NCBI GenBank assembly: GCA_905178155.1
Contig: CAJINV010000005.1
Location: forward strand, 7,680,989 to 7,744,988
Origin: Amoebophrya sp. A120
Lineage: Eukaryota > Protista > Dinoflagellata
Direction: 5' to 3'
DNA: 64,000 bases
Both the position numbers and the translations under genes were made by a program. Below, piece by piece: positions 24,101-39,100 of the stretch (its first letter is position 1; each line of letters opens with the position of its first letter). The notes beneath the pieces were generated by a model. That model was not told the origin of the DNA, ran no database searches, and was given only the letters and a program-made list of their open reading frames with translations.

Positions 24101-27100
24101 GTTATTGCTAGCACCACGCGCACGCGCACCAGCAGGCTTCTTCTGTTGCTTCTTCATAGGAGGAGGCTTCTTATTGTTCTTCTTACCGCCCTGGACGACC
24201 TGTAATTGCAGCTGTTGGGAAGACGAGGATGCAGCACTTCTAGAGCCAGCAGATTGCTTACTCGGCTCGCGACTCAGCTCTTGTTGTTCCTTGCCGCCCA
24301 AGAATATGCATTGCAAATGCATCGCACTCGTAGTATTAATCGCAGTTATGCATTACAAATCTTGATCCTAAAGTAAAACACCATCACAAATTTCATTTGT
24401 AGACACCACGCTGAGCTAATTTGTAATGCGATTACTCCTAGTACGATGATGATGCTTTGGCAATGCATAAAGAAGCTTTGCTCCATATCTGCGTCTTCCT
24501 CGTCGTCACTTGCTTGCGGGGAGGAAAGAGAAGCAGGATGCTGATCCTCTTGGGGTCGTGTGGTCGTGTTCATCGCGTGATCAGCATCTTGTATGACAAA
24601 GTCCTGGTCCTCCTGTCGTGTTGCTGTGCGAAGCAAGTTCATTTGCTCCTCCCCTTCGCCAATGGGGCTCAGTTGCGTTTGTGGAGCGCCGACGCCGTTG
24701 TTCTGCAGTATCAAAGAAAAAAAGTTCGTCACGATCACTCATCCGCATTTTCGCAATACAAAATTTTCTGTCATGCGTAAAAATGCATCACAGCTACATT
24801 TCATAAGGGATTTCCCTAGTGGTTCTGCAATACAAGGACAAGCTGTGATGCTGAGAAAATTTGTAATGCAAAGCCTGCAAGTTAGTGACTGTGACAAACA
24901 TTTTTCTCTCCATATGCAGCATTGGCATGTTGCTTTTACGAGATAATGTTGGTCGGCTGGTTGTACCCGCAGAAGGTACCAGAAAGGGTGATAGTTGTAC
25001 TGCTCCAGCTTTGTTGTTCAGCGCAACGGAAATAACGGATGATGAACCTGCCGTAATTTCGCCGCGACCTACTTCCTTGTCCTTTCCAAGCGCGTCATTG
25101 ACCAATTTGGCGAGCAACTCACTCGTAGTTCCACCACTTGCGACGTTAATGTCAAGCTCGACACCACCTTGCTCTTGCGACGGGGGCATAAACCGCAGCG
25201 TTTTTTCCACGGATTCTCGGGCCGCCTTCCCGGCTTGGCGCTCGTTTTGCAGCTTGAAAGCGTCTCGCATACACTTTAAAGCGGACACGTGCTCCAACGC
25301 CCTCGTGTTTCTAATGACGGTCGTTTTATCCAGCGCCGCCGGCCGCAGGGACCGGCTGAAATATCCTGTGCAAAAGTATCGCACTCGGATAAATGCAAGT
25401 CTTGCACTACAAATCCTTTCCTTAAGGTGAATCAGCACTACAAATTGCATTTCTCATGCTGAGGAAATTTGTAATGCATTTATACGAGTGCGATGCTTTT
25501 CCTTTTGCAGTTCATACAAAATCAAATGCCGCAAATTCGCCCTCCATCCCGTACTCAATTTCGTCCATGGAGAAGCCAAAAATATCCGGCAAGAGGAAAT
25601 TCATCACCGAGGGCCGTCGGTGGGACACGAAAACTTCGGATAGTTCAGCCGTCCACAGTATCCTATGTAAAAACGTCCCCACCCCAAAGCTGTCATGCAG
25701 ATTTGCAATGTGACAGGAGCATCTGATGTAATGCGCATCCCCATGATGAGAACCATTTCCAATCGCGCTTTGGCATTTGTAATGCTGTAAAGAGCATGAG
25801 AAAATGATTTTCTCATGCGGCTCCCCTTGCTAAGCACCATAACAGTGCAGATGAAAACTTGTCATGCACAACTCTCAAAACTTGGAGATTTGTGTTGCAG
25901 ATTTACCAAGTTGACTATGGGGTGGGGACGTTTTTGCTCGGCATACACAGCTCTTCCAACCCGTTCTCTTCCGGTGTGCGATCCGTGTCGCGGAGCCGCG
26001 CCAATTTGGCTCCGTTCACCCAGTTGGGGACTCGCTTTTCGTCAAACATGCGCGTGATCCGAATACCCTGCACCGCCTGCTTCTCGCGCTCTTTCTGCAG
26101 CTGTTGTACTTGGAGGTCGTCTTCATACAAGTTGTCCTCCGGAGGTCTGATGTTGGAGGTACTACAACTCGCGAGCTGAACAGAGTCTTCAAGTAGATCT
26201 AGATCTTGGTCACCGTTCGCGTTCGAGCCCGAGTTTACCGCATTTTTCATCTCTTCGCTTTTCTTCTTGTTCACCTTCGCTTGGCTGATGTGTAGATTGT
26301 AGTACTCGATTGCCTGCTTTTCGTTATCCGACTGCTTCAGCGCTTCCTCATCCTCCTCCTGTTTCTGCCTATGGGGCTCTCAAACGTTACATTCTCAACT
26401 GTTACATGGTTTGTCATGCAGAATTGCCTTCAGAATCTACACCATCAAGATCAAGCTGCTTCGCATGACAAATTCTCAGAGGGCCAAACAGGCTGATAAT
26501 CAACGCCAAATCTGTCATGCAAGACGCGCAAGATCTCTCCGATCACTTTTCCCATTCTTGCATCACAAATTCATGTAACAGTTGAGAATGTAACAGTTGA
26601 GAACGCCATACTGCCGCATTTCCCGTTGCAACTGCAGCATCTGATGTTCATCGAGTTCATCAAAATCGTCTTCTTATGCACTGCAAAAGTATCTTACTCG
26701 TATAAATGCATTACAAATTTTCTCAGCATGAGAAAAAAAATTTGTAATGCGGATTCACCTTGAGAAAAAAGTTTGTAATGCATGATTGCAATACGAGTAC
26801 GATACTTTTGTACAGGATACCTCTTCTTCGGTCACCACGGAAGACACTTTCGAGCCCTTCCGCTGCAACTTCTTTGCGTTTCTCTTCATCGCCCGCCACT
26901 TCTGGATTTCTCGCTGCATGGCATACCGCTGCTCGGTTTCCACAGCGCACGCCCTCCGATTCATGCCGTTGCGACCGCCCCGGGCACCAGCGGCCCGCCG
27001 TCGCAACCCGATCGTGCTTTGCATCATAGATGGCTGCAGCGCCCCAGCAGTGCCCGAAGATCCTCGCCCGCGATTGTTGTTGTTTCCCGCTCTGTTATTG

Positions 27101-30100
27101 CCTGCTCCCCGCCTGGCTCTACCGTACCGGTCGCCGGCAATTCTTTTCGCGAAAGTTGCCGGAAGAATGGCGCTATGAACTGCAAAAGGATCGTACTAGT
27201 AGTAATTGCAATACAAATTAGCTCAGCATGACAAATGGAATCTGTCATGCTGTTTTTCCTTGGAATAAAGATTTGTAATGGTGCATGACTGCGATTACTA
27301 CGAGTACGATACTTTTGCACAGGATAGGCGCAAGAACGGCGCATTCTCGGTGAGGAAGAATCGGTATCGGTATCGGAAGATGAAGAAGCAGATTTGGATT
27401 TACTTATAATGGAGGATGAACAAGACTCAACAACATCCGAGTAAGAACTTTTTTCGTTTGCCGGATTCTTGTTCAGCGACGGCAGTCTTCCACGACCTAG
27501 AAGGTTCTTTTCGCTCAACACCAGTGTCGACTGCTCTTGTTCAGAAGTCTGCTTATTTTGATGGCGCTCTTGTTGTCGATGCTGTCCTTGTTTCAAAGAG
27601 TCGATCTTTTGCAGTAACGCCTTCGAAGCTTCGTTGATGTCGAAAGGAGCGTCCTCGTATTCGGCTGCATTTGTGGTTGACTGCTCCTGCTGTCCTGGCT
27701 GCTGGTTTTCGAGTTCGAGCTGGAGTGGCTCCTGAGGTGGCACAGCCTGACTCACTGGAGTGTGCAGAGTGGAATTGTTCGGAAGCAGAGGATCAGAACC
27801 AATTTCGGATTTTTTCGTCTGCTGGTTTATTTGCAAATTATCTCCTGCATCCCCAGCCTTTTCGTTGTCCTCCTCCGCGCCTTCACCGCTCTTTTATCCT
27901 GTGTAAAAACGTCCCCATCCCAGAGTTGTAATGCAAATGCGCAATGACAGACACGTTTGTAATGCGCAGCTTCATGAGAAGCATTTCCAGTCGTGTTTTG
28001 GAATTTGTAATGCTGTAAACAGGATGAGAAAGTGGCTTTCTCATGCGGCTTTCCTTGCTAACCAGCACTACACTGCAAAGGCAAACCTGTCATGCGCAAC
28101 TCCCAAAACTTGGAGATTTGTCTAGCAGATTTCCCATCTTGACTATGGGGTGGGGACGTTTTTGCTCAGGATATCTTTCGCTTGTTCACAGCCTTTTTCC
28201 CTTTCGACGCACTCGAAAGACGAGCAACTTGCTGCTGCATCCGACGTTTCGATTCCCTCCGTTTGCTGGGGGATCGGCCGCGCTGCCGGTCCATGTTTTG
28301 CCGATACTGCTCCACGCGCTGATACGCCTCCCTGTTTCGCACGTTTACTTTCTGAACCGCGTATGTGTCCCGATTGCGCAGTAATAGGGCCCACTTGTGT
28401 TCCCGGTCCGTCTTGTACTGCTTGGTGCGCTCCAAATCCCGGGCCTCGAGGTCTTCCGAGGACTCCGCACCTTGAAACACGTCTGTGCCGGCATCGAGGC
28501 TCCTGTATGCATTGCAAAAGCATCGTGCGTAGTAAAAATCGCAATACAAGTTTTTTCAGAAGGGAAAATGAAGTTTGTAATTCTGATTGGGCTATAGAAA
28601 CAAGAATTTCAATTTGTCATGCATGATTGCAATTACTACGAGTACGATACTTTTGCAATTCATATCCTGCGGGGCACGGGCACGGCGATGGCTTGGTTGC
28701 TCATCTCCTGTAGCTGTGCCGGGTCCTGTTTTTCTTTTTTGCCTTTCCCCTTCTTAATTCCGTGCAGCTGCAGCTCTTCAGATCGTTTACCTCCCTTAGT
28801 ATTACCTTTTTTAGAAGGAGCAGGAGGCGGCACAGCGTTTCTCTGCTTGTTGAGTAGATTCTTGCGATCTACTTCCCCGTCTGAAGATGCCACTAAAGCG
28901 AGTGGATGATCAACAGCTGCGTCCTGCTCTACCCCAGATGCTGCACAAGATGAAGAACTGGCAGCGGCTGGTGCACCTCCACCACCCTTTGCCTTTGCCA
29001 CGACCTTATCAAATGCAAAAGTGTCTGGGTCTGGAAGGTTGTAAACTTGTACTTAATGCTAGCTTTCCATACCTAGGAAATCTGTGTTGCATATCCAACA
29101 AAATAAGTCGCGGCCTCTTCTGTGAATACAAAAACGCAGTTTCTCATGCGGATTGCCTATGAGGGAGCGTTCTGGAAAGTTGTCATACTGGGTTGCATTC
29201 GGAGCTGTTTCTATCATCCACATCCACATTTTAGCATCACAAGTTTCCAGACCCAGACATTTTTACATTTGATAGGCCTGTTTCGACGAAGATGCTTTCG
29301 CCTTCGGCGCAACCACTTTTCGCTTCTTGTTGTTCGCCTGTTTCGGATCGTAATCGGGATCACTCTCCGCCGAGTCGTCCGATCCCGAGTCGCGATTTTT
29401 GAACCGCTTTTTTTTCATGCAGTGAACAATCTTCGGTTTCGGGTTTGGATTGATCACGTTGCTTTTGTTCACCTTCGCACTCGGCGTAATATCGGCTTCT
29501 CCTGTCGGTGGGTCAACATTTATTTGGTCAACATTTTTCGTCCCTGGCGCAACTAGCGAGCCCGTTTTTAGTGCACCAGCTGCTGCCGCTTTCTGGGTCG
29601 TCTGCTTCGCCGCGGCTGCTTGCGGGGGTCGCTGGTCAGCTGCTGTGACAGCGGCGCTCGCTGAACCTTCTTTCGCAGTGACTGCATCTAGTTTCGGCAC
29701 TCCTGGCTGCGCTTCCACAACTCCTTTCCTGCTCTGCACGACAGAAGATCCTGCAGAGGCAGCTGCTTCTGCAGCTACAGAAACTGGCAGCTGTTCAGGG
29801 TCGTCGTGGTCTTTATTCATAGAGGATGCCGATACAACGCTCGGTCGTGCAGAATCACGACGACCCGGCTTTTTTTTACCATTTTTAGTGGCCGGGGTCG
29901 ACTTCCTATTATTTGGCGGCCCCGCTTCCTTGGCCTTTGCGGTGCCTTTCTCCTCCACCTTTTTCGTGGATTCTTTTGGTGCAACAGGAAGAGTTGTCTC
30001 CTTCTTGGCCGCCAGACTCGGCTTTGACTTTTTCTGCTTTTTGTTCTGCTCCAAGACAACCGCCGCGACGGCCTTCGCTGTTCCAGAAGTGGCTTGTATC

Positions 30101-33100
30101 AAACAAAAAAGTGTTAACGTTAAAAGGTAATGGTAGTCATGCATTACAAGTTTTGCCTTCCATGCATGCTACGCAATACAAATTTGGGCACCTCCTCTTC
30201 TGATGCATTTACTGCATCACAAATTCCGTTAAGGTTAACATTTTTTCCTGTGATAGCTTGGTTAGTGGAATCATCGGCCGCCGCGCTCTGATTTTCTTCA
30301 GCAACACGAGACGAAGTCTGCTTGTTGTTGATGTTGTCATGCTCGCCCTGCTTCTGTGCTAGTATAGCCGACGCTTTATCAAGACTCGGTTTCTCCTTTT
30401 TATCCAGGTACAGGTCGTCGAGCACGGCAAGCACATTATTGCAGGCCTGAAACTGGGAGGTCTTGTCGCGCGAATATCCTCTGCAAATCAGTATCGTTTC
30501 TAATTGTAATATTGCATGACAAACCCATACATTTTTATTTTACAAATTCGAATTCCACTTTATTTTTCAACAGGAGAAAATTTGCGATGCAGTTACTACG
30601 TAGCACGATACTCTTGCAATGCATAGCGGAGGAGTCGCGACCACAACATCATCTTCCTCGACAGAAATGGAACTACCAACAGCCTGATCAGGATCTTCAC
30701 CAAGAAGGGCAGCAGACAAGGACTTTTCATCTCCTGCCGCTGCTCCACGACCCCGTGCAGCAGCTGCAGCTTCTTCATCTTTTGCATCTACTACGTCAGT
30801 ACTAGGTCCTCCTGCTTCTGCAGTACCCGCCTTATTTTGCTCTTCACTAATCTCCAGCAGATACGCCTGTATATCATCTTCTGCAGATGATGAGCAAGAG
30901 CCTCCTCCTGACCTTGACGCGGCAAAACTCTCCAGCTGCTCGTGAAGATCTGTAGTGTTGACCTCGTCATTTTGATGATGATGTTCGAGAAGCATGTCGA
31001 GGAGACGACTTGCAGCTGTTTCACTACTTTCATTGCCTTCGGCTGTATTTTTTCCTCGTCCTTGTTGAAGAAGAAGTTCTTGTTTCTGCTCGCTTACTAC
31101 GGAGCTTGCACCACGAGCCTTGGACAGTGTTGACCCCTGCTTCTTGTTCTTATCAGCATGATCTACTACTTCTTCGCTAGTAGCCTTAGAAGTGGTCTTC
31201 TTGTTCTCCAAAAGCAGGTCGTACTCGCAAAAGGGCTCCCCCGACACCGCATCAACTTGGGCAATCTTCATCAACTTTTGCGCGTTGGTATCCACAGGAA
31301 ATTTTTCGACGTCCACGTACAAATGCCGTCTCTGCATGACAAAAATTAGCTTCGATCCTAGTTTAGCATGACAAGTTTTATTTATTACGCTCCAAATTGG
31401 TAGAATTTGTGATGCATCTTGTACATGATGTACGGGAAATTCGTGTTGCATAGTTGGGGAAACTGTTAAAGCGCTCGGCCGACCGGCCGGAAATGTCAGA
31501 TACACTGATGGCGTCGAAAGAGGGATCGGATTGGCCGCCCGGCCAGTGCCGCTTGGACGAGCCAGGCACACTATTGCCGGACAGCGTGCGTTCCTTGTTT
31601 ATCATTTCCTTCTCGTCAGTGGTCTGTTGCTGGGCTTCGTGCGCCAGAGTTTCGTTCTTGATGATACCACCGAGGTTCAAAGTAGTAGAGGAGATCAGGC
31701 TTTTTGTCGTCTCCACCTTGACCATTTTCGCTTTCCCTTTTTCGACGCCGGTGGACAACTCTCTACTACTCGCGGCCTTCGCTGTTTCCTTTCTTCCATT
31801 CGTCGGCGCATCATCCTTACTGGTCAGCTTCTTCCTCAAAGAGGCTTTCACCTCTTGCTCCTGCCCGCTTTTCTCCCCCGACATGCCCACTCGTCCACCA
31901 GCAACAATCGTTTTCTTTTCCCCGACTTTTGCTGCACTATGGAGGGCAGCCGAAGAAGAAGAGCTAGAGGAGGAGGCAGCTAGAGCTCTTCCTCTCGTCG
32001 TCGCTTTTACTGTTCCAGTACGACCTCCACCCGCCGCGGCAGGAGCAGCCCGGGCAGATTTCTTTGGAGACTGTTCCTTTCTAATTCTGTCACGACCACG
32101 GACAAGCGGGCCTTCCTTCATCCGACGACGAGAGCAATTCGACGGAGAGGAGGAGGACCTCCTGTTGTTACGCTTGTTTTTCAGTTCTCGTCTTCCCCGT
32201 TTATGTTTGTTGCTCGAGGACGAGGGGGAAGAAGATGATGACCTGCGCGTATAACGTGCTGCCCTTCCCGCAGGCGCAGAACTGCGAGAACTACTGCGTG
32301 ACGAGTCTAGCTCTTTTCTCTTGTTCCCCTTCTTGCCCCGACGAGGACCAGCACGGGAGCAGCTCTTGCCTTTATTTTCCATATCACGCTCCGCCTTTTT
32401 GTTCCCGTCTGGTACTACTTGCGGCGTCGGGGGGAGGCTGTAGCGACTGGCTTTAGAAGTTTTCTGACCCGAGCAGGGTGGACGAGAAGCTGCCCCTCGT
32501 CCTGCATTGCTTTCATGATCCGTATTGGAACAAATTTTGCCCGATTTAGAAGTCGTATTCTTCTTCTTCGCCTGCGCATGGTGCTTCCGTAACGTCCCGG
32601 GCGTAGCTTCTCCATGCACAACGTTGATGACTCCCGTACTCGTGTCACCTGGAGTACTAGCTGCCACAGAGGGTCGAGCCGCTTTTTTGGAACTTGTTTT
32701 CGAAGCAGCAGCAGGATCCTGGGGCTTCCTGTCATCTGCTGTAATAAGTCCCGCGTTTTTCAGCGCGGCGCCTACCTTCTCAGCAATGCTTTTACCACTA
32801 GCATCATGATCTTCAATGCTAGTTGTATTGACACGACGGCCTCCGTGGTCATCTCCTCCCGCGCCAGCTGTATCACTTTTCCGCTTCGTCTTCTTCCGTT
32901 GCAGAGTCTTCTTTATGGCGTTCTCAAATGTTACATTCTCAACTGTTACATGAATTTGTAATGCGAGAACGGCGAAATTGAAAGGGACAAGATTGCGCCT
33001 TGTGCATCACAGACGTGGCACAGATTTACATGCTGTTTAGCCCTTCGGATATTTGTCATGCGAAGCAGCTTAATCGTGGCGATCTTGGTGGTAAATTTGC

Positions 33101-36100
33101 ATGACAAATCGTGTAACAGTTGAGAATGTAACAGGTGAGAACGCCATATTCTTCGCAGTGGAATTGTCTTTCTTGTCACGACCGGTGCTAGTTGCTCCAC
33201 CTGCAGGTCCTTTCGCTTTCGTCTTGTTGCCGCCAGCTCCAGCTGCACTCTTCTGGCCCTCGTCCTCCTCTTCTGCCTCTGTATTTTCCTTGCTGTTGCG
33301 ATCTTGGTGCTCGGACAACTCCTCGGCCGAATGAGAGCCGGCGGAATTCGTGCGCGGCAGCGGCGGCGGAGGGGCATCGTCTTCATCCTCATAATTTTCA
33401 ACGTTTTTACTAGCGGCCGGATTAATATGTTTTTTACTCTTAGTCTTGTCACTCTTAATCTTGTCCTGTTCATCTTCCTTTGGCGTAGAACTACTAGAAG
33501 TTGCAACATCGACAGAGACCACGACCGCCTTGCTCTCACCTGCTGCGACCTCATTTCTCACGTTGATAGGAGCAGCCGAGGTGTTATTTCTCTTTCGTCT
33601 GCTTGTGGTTCTGTTTGATGCTTTCGACATCCCATCTTGCTCCTTTTCGGTGCTTTTGTTTTTACCTGTCGAGAGCGGAGCAGGTGCACCAGGAAGAGCC
33701 GTCTGTGACTTATTTGTGGTCATCTCCATCGCGAGGACCCGTGCGCTTTCGCTGCGCTGGACCGCAGAAGGGTCTTCAGTGCTCTTCCCATGCGGTGGAT
33801 CGTCAAGAACCCTTTGCTCCTCTCCGCGGGACGACGAGGTAGCTGGAGTTATTTTCTTAATACTAGCCTGGTGCAGCGTAGAAGATGAAACACAAGCACC
33901 ACGACCACCTGCTGCGTCGCGAGTAGCAGCAGTGGGTGGAGGATAATCGGAAGCGCCGCTAGTGCCGGCGAGTCCACATCCAGTCGTGGACGACGTAGCT
34001 GTAGAGATATGTTGACCTCCGCCCCGAAGATGAGCTACCCGTGGTGGCATCAGTAATGGCTCGACCAGGACGATGTTGGGAGAAAAAGTGTCCTCGCCCG
34101 TTTTGCCATCGGCATCCGTCTTCTTCTTGTCCTCGGCACCATGCTTGCTATCTTGCTTATTTTTCTGTGCACGAGAAGACTCTACTAGAAGTGGAAGTGC
34201 AGCAGCAGTAGCGGGCTCCTTGATCAGACAACCCGCGGAGGTCGTGGGGGCACTTCCAGCTACAGTAGGATCCTCTTTAGAACAAGCAGCACTAGCCTGC
34301 TTCATATTTGTCCTCATCACAGCCGGAGGACGAGGAGGAAGTGGTGCCACCTTTTGAAGATTTTCTCCAGTAGCGGTTCCACCCGTTGATGTTTTGCTCA
34401 AATTTTTGCAGCTGCTCGGCTCCAGCCTTCGCAGCTGTTCGGCCCGTTCCAAAAACCCCTGCAGTACTTTGTCAGTTTCAGAATAAAGTAGCTCATCACC
34501 TCCAGCTTTGGAACTTCTACTTGCTTCTCGAAGTACAGGGACGCTGCTTCCTCCACCTGCCGCTGGACGTGCCGCTCCTGCGCCGGCGTTCCTAGACGAG
34601 CTGCTGCTCGAGGAGGCTGCTGCTACCTGAACACCGGGTGGCGCTGCTGGAGCAAGTGGCGGAACGGGTTGTGGCGCCACCGCCGGTCGTGGTGCAGTGC
34701 CGGAGGCAGCAGTAGAAGATCCTTGTTGAAGTACTAGTAGATCATGGCCCCGCTGTTCTTGCTGACGCTGACCACCCTCGCGACGGCGCACTGTTGCTGA
34801 CCTCCCTCGTTGTTGCTGACTCTCAGGTTGTTCATCTCGACGCAGCGGTGGTCTCGTCGTCCCCGATGTCGGCGGAGGTGCTGGCTGTACAACTATGTTG
34901 CGTCCCGCCCTCTCCACGACACTGCCGGTTGTATTCTGTTTTGAGGAAGGCATAATCTTCTTCAAAGGCTCTACTTCGCACTCGCTGTCACTGCAGCTCC
35001 TGCCCAGCACCTTCCTTTCTTTTTCGCTCGTGCGGCGTTTCGCCATTGTCGCTCGCTTTTCTTCCCAGGCCATCTGCTCCGCTGCATTCATTCTGAATTG
35101 CGAGCTCTTCGGCCTCGACCGTCCCCGTTGGCTCTGCTCTCCCATCTCTTGGTATGCAATGTAAACGTAGGTATCGTATGTTGAATTGCAATTTATACAT
35201 GACAAATCTTTCTACTACCTGAAGTAGACCCAGCATGACAACTTGCATTTCCCTTCCTGGATGAAAAATTTGTAGAAAAATGCAATTCATCATGATTACT
35301 AGGATGCTACTTTTGCATCGCATACTTGAAAGGTCTCATTGAAATATGGATTCGCTGCCGAGCCTTTCCTCTTCCCAGTTACTGCCCCCCGCTGATATGG
35401 CTTTCTCAACTGCTACATGCTCAGCTGTGACATGAATTTGTCATGCAAAACTCCCTTAAACCGCCAAAAGATCAAGCTGCTTCGCATGACAAACTTCCGA
35501 AGGGCTAAATAGAGTCTAAATCTGTGCCAAGTTATCTGTGATGCGAAAGCCGCAAGCTTGCCCTTTTGGCTGTTCTTGCGTTACGAATTGGAATTCACGC
35601 AACAGCTCAGAGTGTAACGCTTGAGAACGCCATAGCTGGTTGCTCTGGCTTTGGCCCCTCCGCCCCCGCGACGGTCTTACACTCCGCTGCAGCTCGCGAT
35701 TTTCGTCTTGCTGGGACGGCCGAGAAGACGCAGCTGCTGGTGCGCCGGGCAGATCTTTGGGTTCTGGTGTTGTGCCAGAACTCGGTTTATTGCCCTCGCC
35801 TTGCCGGTGGAAATTGGCAGATTCCACTTGTTCGCCACCTTTTGTACATTGATTGCATGACAGATAAAAAGATCATGTTGCTTTTCTCGGTCTCGCTTCT
35901 TTTCAACATAATTTTCATTTTCTGGTGAGCAGTGCGCATTATTCAAGATACAGCTGCATACAGCATATGTACTGGAAATGGAAGATGAAAGGAATTAATC
36001 GTACGACGTAAAAGCTGTATAAGTACCGTATATTTCTGTTGCACGCTCCTCTCGTCCAGCCGTGGCTTTTCCAGACACTCGTGCTGTGGATTGCTTTCTC

Positions 36101-39100
36101 CTCGCGAGGCTCGGCTTCGCCTTTGGCTTGTTTCCATTTTGTTGTCCAACGACCGGAGCAGGAGCAGCTACCGGCACAGCACGTGGCAATCGACCTTTAC
36201 CTTTTGTATCTAGATGAAGACTCACAGAAAAAAGTTAGATTTATACACTTTCCTTTGCACATGCACATTTGCACGTGTGACATGCCATGAGAGTGTGTTT
36301 TTGTTTCCGCTGGATGATCAAACTGCGGACAACATCACGGCGACCTTAGATCTTCACAAGAAACTCAATCAAAACTAGAAACGCAGACACGGAACATCAA
36401 GGTGCACGAGCAATGCTTGTACCATTCTTCAGAGCATGAGCAGCATCAGCAGGAGCGGCTTCGTCGCAACTCGTCCCACACGGAAGATGATGCTGAGGCT
36501 GTACTTGTCGTGCACTCGCACTCGGGCAAGCAGAGTCAGAAGTTGCACCACGACTTGTAGTCCCGAGGCCATCGCGAATCTCCGTGATCTTGGCCACAAC
36601 GTTGGCATTTGGGACATCACGCGTGATTCTAGTACTCGCGCCCCGTTTATTTTTCCCCTGCAGCTCCCGTTGCTGGTCTGCTGGGGCCGCGCCTCCTGTC
36701 ATCTTCTGGGGTAGTTCTTTCCTGCCGTCATCTACTTCCTCTTGTCTTTTAGAACTGCTCCTGTGTTGCAGCTGCACCGCAGTTATCAAATGCAAAAATG
36801 TCTGGGTCTGGAAGAATCCAACTTGTCATGCTGATTTTGGATCCTAAAAAAATTTGTATTGCATGAGCAGCAAAGAGAGTCCAAGTTTTGCTACACGGAA
36901 AGAGCATTTGTCATGCGGTATAGGCATCAGGAAGCCTTCACAAGATCTGTGATGCTAGGGCATGCATCACAGACATCAGGAGTCATGCAAAATGTGCATG
37001 ACAAACCTGGTAATCTTCCAGACCCAGACATTTTTACACATGATAGCAGTGTCGTGGTCCCTGGTTGCCGCGGTATTAATCCCGCTCGCTGACGCAGGGT
37101 TCTTTAGTAGCGACGCAGGGTCTGCTCTTGCTTGACTTACCGAGGACGCAGCACGGTCACTAGCTCGACTTACCGACGCAGCACGGTCAATTTTGGTAGC
37201 ATTGGCCGGTATAGGGGGAAGCGACTGCTCCGGAACGCGACCCGGCGTGGGTCCTCGTATGCATTGCAAACTTGAAGATGTCTGGGCCTGGGTCTGTGAT
37301 GCGAGTAGATCCTCTGAGGCACAGCAAGGTCTGTAATGCATGTATACGATTAATGGCCAAAAATTCTTTTGTCATGCTCGAAGCGCGATCGTTGTCATGC
37401 GTTTTGGTGCGCATGATGAAAGAATCTGCAACAAGCGTGGAGGAAAAATTTTCTGATGCTATGATGCCAGTACACAGGCAGCAAGAGAAGCGGACCAACT
37501 CTGGTGCAAAAAGAAAAATCTTCCACGTTTATCTTTATGCAGAGGACCTCCCAGACATGTAGTAAGTTTGCCGTTGATACCTCGGGCCCTTGACCTACTC
37601 AGCCCTGGGGCGGGGCAGCGCCTCACGCTACGAATACGATACGTCTCATCCTGCTTACTCTTGCCATCGACGAAGGTCCTGCGCTCAGGAACCGGAGGCG
37701 CCGGACGACCGCGAGAGGAGATTACAGCAGTAGTAGAATTTATGGGCGGGAGCCCTGCATTTTTGTCGTGATCAAGGATCGTGGGCTCCTCGACGACGCC
37801 CTCCGCAGGTACAGGGGCAGAGCAGTCCTCCACCGGATTAGATGACTTTGGTGCAGCTTCCTTGCTGTTTGCCGTGCTATTCGTGGAAGAAGATGCGCCG
37901 TTCTTGTTCATCATCATCTTCCCTTTTGACAAAAGTTGTTGTGCAGCAGCCCCGGATGATGAAGTAGCAGAGGAAATAGATGGGGCGGCAGGCGCAGCTG
38001 CGGCCGCGCGGGATTGACGTCGTGCCCGCGACCTTCCCCGAACAGGAGGGTCTCCTTGTTCCACGGCTTTGCTTCTCGACTCGACTATTTCGATAGCTTT
38101 GGCTAGTTCGGCTTCGGACAACGACCCGGCTGATCGAACAAGAGCATCAAACTCTTCTGTCACCTTCGAGGCGAGCTCTTCATTACGTTTACTATTTCTT
38201 TCAACAAAGCTTTCCATTTCTTTCATCCAATTTTCTTTCCTCTTCGAGAGGAGCTCTTCAGGGAACAACGCGTTACTATTTGCCGATCCCGATGCAGATG
38301 ATTTTTGCATTTTCTCAGAAACATCCGTTGCAGCAGCCGGTTTTGAAATAGCGTTAGACAATGCTGGAGCTGCTGCCTCCGAGCCACGGGGCGGTAGCGA
38401 AGAAGCGTTTGCACTAGTACTTTTGCTCGCCGTCGTCTTCGTTGCTACTTCCGTAGCGGAAGGAGCTTGGCCGCCGCGTGCACGACTGACGCCTCCAGTT
38501 TTTCTCTTCTTACTTTTGCCCTGCTCTGGGGGTACTACACCTTGAACTCCAACTACCGATGGTGATGGACCAGATGTTGCGACGACAAGTGGGGGTAATG
38601 GGAGGTTTTCGTTGCGAAGAAGAGAAGTCTGGTGCTCGGCATCCTCACCACGGCAAGCGTTCGATGCGGGACTGGCAACCACGAAGGCACCAGCGTCGGC
38701 GGGTTATCCAAGGAAAATAAAGCATCGCGGTTGTCACGGATATTGCAAGATCATGCTTGTGTTTTCATTAAATTACAAGCCGTAACACTCCTTCCTTTTA
38801 CGTCGCAAAAAAAGTCTTCAACAACTTGTTGAAGGGTGCCGGTGCGTTCTTTGTATAGGTCGTAGTCTTCAACCTTCTTCAGTTCTAGTTCAGTTTTATA
38901 CAACAATCCGTGCGTCGATGCTTTGATTTATTTGCCTGGAGTACCTCCCTCAGATTGTCAGCAACAGATCCCGCACTGGGAGAAATGAGAACGCCACCTG
39001 GAGGCTGCGGCTCGACGTCTGTGTTTGCCGCGGAAATAGTACCAGCACCGACCTGTTTCCGACTCGTATTCCTCTCGTCACGACTAGCGGGAATTTTCAT

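Noticed and set aside
37088-37190. Short imperfect tandem repeats (DRAAS-SVS), similar ones at 46340-46410 and 60380-60445
   Set aside because: Ordinary in-frame duplications in low-complexity coding sequence
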